Positions 47,773 through 64,000 of a stretch of 64,000 nt of DNA are shown here, in pieces. Every line of letters starts with the position of its first letter. Within the stretch, counting starts at the first letter, position 1. The stretch is taken from the NCBI RefSeq assembly GCF_009914755.1, contig NC_060941.1; one strand, 5' to 3'. Origin of the DNA: the human T2T-CHM13v2.0 reference genome, Homo sapiens. The notes beneath the pieces are model-generated. The model saw only the letters and a list, made by a program, of their open reading frames with translations, ran no database searches and had not been told where the DNA came from. Both the position numbers and the translations under genes were made by a program.

Positions 47773-48926
47773 AATCCTCTTTGGCAGCTAGCTTACAATT
47801 TTTATCTATCTTTTACCTAAAATTATTCAGATAATCAGAAAAAGCTAGGGCAACACTTGAGAAGGGCACAGAATTCCCAACAGAGGTAGCACTCTATCTG
47901 GGTGCCACATTCCTTACTTACAAATACTTAAGTTTTTTAACTTGATACTGAATGCTCACCAGTCAGAAAAACCAAGATGTCTCCAGCCATTTCATTCAAA
48001 TGGATATCCATGGTGACTTTCACAATCTAAAGCAAGAAATGCAGGCATAATATGCTAGTGGAAATACAGTCATTCCCTTACCACCACTTCCCTTGCCCCA
48101 CAGAAAAATTAAATTTGGTTCTTAAAAGTTCTAGGACCTGTGAGGACTGTCATTAAAATAGTAGTGAACAAATGAATTATCAAACCACCCAATTAGTAAG
48201 AATCATAGATATTTAAAAAAGACATTAAATGAATGCCAAGTAATACCGCTTGAATATACGCAGTATTTTCTCTGTCTCGTGGACCAATCAAATTGCAGAA
48301 TTTCTCTCTGACTGGATAAAGCCTTCCAGGTATATCAAATATTGGACAATTTCCAAAGAATGCAGAGAGCTTGGCTAATTCCATAGTTGCTGACATTACC
48401 ACCACTTTTAAATGCTCCTTCCTATTAGCAGACTTCTCCTGAAATAGCTTCTTCAATAGACCAAATAAGATATCCTGAAAGAAAAGTAAATTTCTAGTAA
48501 GTCACAAGCACACTTAACAGCCAAACTATTCTAAATACGCTGCTGTTCTAACCAAGGAATTCCTATTTTAATACATTAAAATATAAGTAGGAGCCAGGTG
48601 CGGTGGCTCACACCTGTAATCCCAGCACTTTGGGAGGCCAAGGTCGGAGGCCAGGAGGTTGAGACCTGCCAGGGAAACAAAACGAGACACTGTCTCTACA
48701 AAAAATATTCTTAAAAATTAGCCAGACATGGTGATGCACGTCTGCAGTACCAGCAACTCAGGAGGTTGAGGTGGGAGGATCACTTGAGCCCAGGAGTTCA
48801 AGGGTGCAGTGAGCTATGATCGTGCCACTGCTCTCCAGCCTGGGTGATGGAGCAAGACTCCATCTCTAAAAAATTAAATTAAATTAAAAAGTAAGAGGAG
48901 GCAATTCTCTACACAATAAAAAGCTA

Positions 48927-49097
<171 letters not shown>

Positions 49098-49441
49098 CTA
49101 ATGTTCAAACAGCAGTGTCACAGGAATTCACCACTATTTTCCCAACTAAATTTTTCCTCAAGAGGTACAAACATTAAGTGATCAAACCAATCTGACTAAA
49201 CAAAAGGGTACATAAAAATAGTCTAACTTATGTATACAAAATGATGGTAAGTTACAAAACATGCTGTCTATACAGAAAAACGGACAAATAACTCACTTGG
49301 GTATTCTTGGACAAAGCAACAAAAATCACCAAGTCCAGAAGGATAGACAGAATTGAATGGAAATGAACCCTTCATAATCTAACTTCATCTTGCCTTTCCA
49401 ACACATTGTACAATACAAAATTATTAGAATAGATAAAAGCA

Positions 49442-49490
49442 GTCTATGGCCATACCAACCTGAACATGCCGATCTCATCTGATCTCAGAA
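49442..49490 (+). pseudogene. 5S rRNA pseudogene fragment (5' about 50 nt)
   Basis: GTCTATGGCCATACCAACCTGAACATGCCGATCTCATCTGATCTCAGAA resembles the 5S 5' end GTCTACGGCCATACCACCCTGAACGCGCCCGATCTCGTCTGATCTCGGAA with CpG decay; A-rich sequence follows. Confidence 0.85.
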
Positions 49491-49503
49491 TAAAAACAAA
49501 TTA

Positions 49504-49897
<394 letters not shown>

Positions 49898-50381
49898 TCA
49901 AATTATATAAATTACATGGGAGAAAAAACGCTCCAAAAATTACATGGAATTTTGACATGACTTTCCAATGTACCCTATTCATACCCACTACTCATTTGCT
50001 ATTTGAGAGAAATGTCTCAGAACCAGTCAAACCAAGGCTTACCTTCAAAACCAGGTGGGCACCCAAATTATAACAAGAATTAGAACTTTGTGCTTGTCCT
50101 TGCATATAAGGCTGTGTTTCATTTTTCCTTCATATTTACTACTGATTGCTTCATGAATTCAGATAATTTCAGAGCCAGGAGGCATTATTTATAACCCAAA
50201 TTTTAAATGTTTATATTCCTGAAACATTTGAATATTTGCATAAATGTCATGAGACAAACAAAATTTACTCTGTAGAAAGCACAATTTACCAGATTATTAC
50301 TGCTAGTTTTATTCTGTCAGCTTTCTCCTTTAAGGAGAAAGCACAGCACTAGGTAGTCCCATTTATTACATCAACATTTTA

Positions 50382-50690
<309 letters not shown>

Positions 50691-52414
50691 TCATCTGTCC
50701 CTTGGACTATTTGCCTCCTACTCCTCCAATTCGTTCTTTATATTTCCAATAGAATAATCTTTGAAATGCACCTCTAGTCATTTCACTCAGGTGCTCTTCT
50801 TCAGTGGAAGGTATGTATGCCCTATGGTTTGAAGTCAGTCGTTTCAGCATGGCAAGCCCTAGTAGTTTCTATGATTTGGTCCCTGTCTGAACACTGTGTA
50901 CCCTTGCAAATGTTGCTTTCTAGATCTTGAAATGTTCTGCTTCTCCACAGGTTCCCCCTCTTATCTCTCCTATTACTTACGTAAACTGTACAAATCTTAC
51001 TACATAGCTTGACTGAATTTTTAGGGATGCATCCAAGGAATTATCCTGCAAAATTAAGATACAGAACATTTCCAGCACCCCAGTAGGCTCTCTTCTGTTC
51101 TCTCCCAGTCGATACTGACCCTCAGAGGTCACCACTATTCTGTCACCATAAATTAGTTTTGCCTATTTTGGAACCTCATATATACAGTAATGCAGTATTT
51201 ACTTTTTTCGTGTGTATGTGTGCATGGTGAACTCATTTTTAAGACCAAATTTTATGCATCTTCTCTGTGAAGCAAAACCCTGTCTGTTCCACACAGACTT
51301 AGAGTGGCAGAGGAGTACCTTAACCTATCAAAGGCTATTTTGAGCAAAAGCCACTTTTTGTCATTGAAGCTGTAGAACTGAGCCACAAGAGGGAACTGTT
51401 AAAGTCCCAGGGTCAAGGACCAGGTACTTACGTTATCCCCACAGCGCAGAAGCACAGCCTGAGTCTCTTCTTTGGCTGAGCCAAGGGTGTGCTGGAGAGG
51501 CCTGAGAGAAGGAGCGGCCCTTGTGACCAGTGCCCTTTTGGTTCACAAGGAACGTCTCCTCTTGTTTAAGTGACTTGGCTGAGCTTGCTACTTCTGCTTT
51601 GAGAGCCCAATATCAGGATCAAGACTTCGATTATCCCCAATTTACAGATGAGGAAACCATATTGGGCAGGAAAGAAAGTCACCTCAGGAGAGCAAGTTGG
51701 ACCTGGGCACTGGCTGAGGACAAAGGGGAATCATAATTTGGGATGTAGCTTGTTAAGGGGCCTCCCAAGTGTTCTTGTGATCCAGGTGTGGAGAGGATAG
51801 AGCAGAATGGTTGCCAGGGAGACGAGGGTAGGGTGCACTGCCAGAGTGGGAGAAATTAAAGAGAACACGCAACAAAGCCTTGGGACAGCGGGAGGGGGAT
51901 GGACCACCCAGTTTTGTGCTACGGGAGAAGAGAGCAAGAAAAGGAATCTGTGTTAAATCCCGACAGCCTGCAGGAGAAGCAAATGCCCTTCATTTTCTTC
52001 ATCAGCGGCGAGACTGGCATCCCTGTAGCTTTGAGAAACCATGCTAGTGTGGATGCCAGCTCCCTCCAGCGGGCCTGACTGGGAGACCTTGGGCTGGGGT
52101 TCTGGTCCGGGGCTCCTAGGCCTGATGGGAGGAGAGTTCAGCCCAGCTTTCCTGTACTTCAGCTCGTATGCAGATGATGGCCATTGTTGAAATGAGAGAC
52201 TCAAAGGAAGCTGGAATCTGAACTTTTTTGTTGTCTCATGTGGACACCTGTGTTCAGTTTCGGGTTCTACCTCTTGCTGTCTGTGTGTTCTTAGGTGACT
52301 CGCTTAAACCTTTCTGAGTCTCATTTTCTTCATTTATAAAATAAAAGACATAACATTTATGTCAGATATTGTCCTGAGCATTAAATGGGAGAATAAACAA
52401 GCCTCTTCTGCATT

Positions 52415-52536
52415 CCCCTGGCTTCCAGTGGGTGGAGGCCAGAGAAGCTGCTAAACATCCTGCCAGGTGCAGGACAGCCCCCATCGCAAAGAATCGTCTG
52501 GCCCCTGATGTCAGTAATGCAGTATTGAGGAACCCT
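52415..52536 (+). mobile_element. MER20 fragment
   Basis: GTGGGTGGAGGCCAGAGAAGCTGCTAAACATCCT...GACAGCCCCC...GAGGAACCCTG. Confidence 0.65.
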
Positions 52537-52968
52537 GGTGCGGGGGAAACAGAATAAACTCAGAAGCTTGGCAGATCTCAATTCAAACCCTGGTTGTACC
52601 GCCTCCAGCAGGCCTTGGTCAGGGAATAGCATCTAGCTAAAGTTCATTGACTTCATTTTGTTTTCATTGAATTTATGTTTTGCTGGCTTTCCATTTGTGA
52701 GAGTGATACAAATTTCCTTTAAACATGAAGTTGTAAATATAAACAGGTAGGCCATTCACAGGAATATCTAAATTATGTCGCAGGAAAGGTGGCACTCTCA
52801 TATGGCAATAATTACGACAGAGGCCAGCAAATGACCTGCGTGACCTGGAGTGACCTGAGCACTGACTCCCAAACGCCCTCTGTAGAACGTCCTGCATCCC
52901 CCAGACCCTTTCCTGGGTCCTTCTGTGCCCTATCACCCCCTAGACCATCCAGACCTCAGGCCACCCAT

Positions 52969-53073
52969 CTCTCCGTTACCAGAGCAGTCTCCGTTCCCGA
53001 ACGTGCTGGTCACCAGCAACAGCAGCTGCTCCTCCTCCAGGCAGCTCAGCCTGAACTTGTTCATACAGCGAAC
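52969..53073 (-). pseudogene. Isolated decayed NOS2 (iNOS) exon, FMN/flavodoxin domain
   Basis: 105 nt translating [35 protein letters not shown] versus remembered NOS2 [35 protein letters not shown]; acceptor position reads GC and donor position reads AT. Confidence 0.85.
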
Positions 53074-54439
53074 GCGGACAGCATTGAGGTAGACATAAGC
53101 CTTCAGCTCCCAGTAGACGCTCTGGGTTTCCTACCCTGCCCAGACACTCTGGGCTTCCCCCCACACCTCCCCCAGCCTGGTGCTCCTGTGCTCATCTGTC
53201 TCTCCCAGTGCCCAGCACAGGCGTGGCACGGAGGAAGCGAATGGACCGATGTGAACACATCATCCTGGATTCTCCTTCCCCGCTCAAGCCCTGCAGCTAA
53301 CCCATCGGCAAGCCCTGGGGGCTCTGCCTCCAAAATCCTGCCTATCCCATGTCCAAACACCTCTCACCATGTCCACTGCTCTTTGCAGTTCTGTGTATGT
53401 GGAAATATTTCCCCAAAATTGGAATGAGCAGGTCACAGCTGTGCCTGGAGGGAACGGCCAGGGAAATGTGCCCTCGCCTTGCTGTTCTATCCAGGCCCAC
53501 CCAGCTGAGGATGGGGGACCTGCCACCACTCTCCTGGCAGTTCCGGACTCCTGGGAACCAGCAGGTGAGGACCCAAGAGTGTTTTCAGTGACCCGGCTGA
53601 CCTGGTCATCCGTCAGTCCCACCTTGGCCTAGGCCTCTGTGCAGCACAGATCACAGCTCATTCCATCCTGGCATTACACTGGCCTGTGCCCTATCCTCAG
53701 GGTCACATCCGTCTCCCAGAAGCCGTGCAACCCTGGAAAACCCAGGTCTAACAGTCAGGTTCCTCCTCTGTGCATTAACAATGGCGTTGACGTCTGCTTT
53801 GCGGGACGCTGGGAGGGGAGAGGGAGGTGTATGCTGGAGAGCTCCCCAGGGGCAAGGCCTGGTTCTGCGTCACTCACTGTCAGATCCTGAGAGCCTGGGG
53901 CTGGCCCAGCACGTGGCCACCGTTCCCTAAGAGTTGGATTTCATCCCTCAGTGCTGAAGGCAGGGGATAGAGCTTAGACAGACCCCCTGCGTCCTGTCTT
54001 CTTTATCTACAGCTTACTCATCCTTGCCCCTTTCACGTGCACCCGGCAGAGCAGGTGTTCACTGAGCTTGAGCAAAATTCAAGCTAGAGCAGCTGATGGA
54101 TCCTGAGGCCTAGATTCACTGTCAAAGTGTTTCTCAACGGTGCTCTCCAGAACACCAAGGAAAACTCATTGACTGTATAAGTCTGAAAATCCCTGCCCAC
54201 CGGTCTACCTTTGTGTATGAGCAATCAGCTCTACCATTCAGCCCAGGTGTGTGTTTGCTGGACCATGTGAAGGAAGCTGAAGAGACATGAGTGGAAGGCA
54301 GAGGGTGAGTCCAAGGTGGGATCTTGGGACAGGTACGAGAAGTTAGGCAAAAATGGGATAATTCTAGCCTTCATAACCTTAGATAATAGTTCACATTATT
54401 ATTTAGTTAATAGAATTGTACCCACATTAAATTTCTTAA

Positions 54440-54739
54440 ATTTTTTTAAGAGATAAAGTCTCACTCTGTCACCCAGGCTGGAGTGCAGTGGTGCAATCAT
54501 GGCTCACTGCTTCCTGGAACTCGTGGGCTCCAGCAATCCTCCTGCCTCAGCCTCCTGACTAGGTGGGACTATAGGCACGCGCCACCATGCCTGGCTAATT
54601 TCTTTGACTTTTCTCTAGAGACCGGGTCCACCTAGGTTTCCCAGGCTGGTCTCAGACTTCTAGACTCAAGTGAACCTGCACCTCCCGCCTCGACCTCTCA
54701 AATTGCTGGGATTACAGGTGTGAGCCACCACACCCGGCC
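54440..54739 (-). mobile_element. Alu immediately 3' of the TBC1D3 copy
   Basis: Alu consensus, flanked by TAAATTTCTTA direct repeats. Confidence 0.85.
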
Positions 54740-54849
54740 TAAATTTCTTATGTGCCATGGGACTGCAAAACATCATTATTAGGGGCAGCTGGATGGAAGG
54801 TATAGGAGGACACTATAGTGCCTTTTCAATATTTCTGTCTAAAATCTAA

Positions 54850-64000
<9,151 letters not shown>

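Noticed and set aside
52215-52262. Possible remnant of the next (about 50-nt) NOS2 exon
   Set aside because: Similarity too weak to support by eye
52789-53427. 212-aa plus-strand ORF with a QQQQLLLL stretch
   Set aside because: Antisense reading of the NOS2-derived exon and its flanks

Overview
Primate, most likely human, genomic DNA; the gene order fits 17q23. Three gene-derived blocks lie head-to-tail on the minus strand in very Alu-rich sequence. (1) RNFT1 coding exons 1-8 (784-11399; the last exon is off the left edge) with a CpG-island promoter at about 11230-11960. (2) A partial genomic duplicate of the DEAH helicase DHX40 (DHX40P1; 11 exons, 22757-49097). By my manual splicing these exons form an uninterrupted 460-codon frame with every GT-AG site intact. 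(3) A TBC1D3 core-duplicon copy (TBC1D3P1; about 54850 to beyond 64000). It has one nonsense codon (57284-57286) and keeps a 43-bp segment in the last exon that is deleted in canonical human TBC1D3. A single decayed NOS2 exon (52969-53073) lies between blocks 2 and 3. The window also holds an RPL32 retrocopy fragment, a 5S rRNA fragment, a solo LTR nested in Tigger2, and many Alu/L1/L2/MER elements. The most striking inference is that exon phases allow an in-frame TBC1D3-DHX40 chimera, analogous to the TBC1D3-USP32 fusion gene USP6, which could end in RNFT1 exon 2. All gene identities and reference comparisons come from my memory of the protein sequences, not from a database search. Repeat boundaries are approximate.
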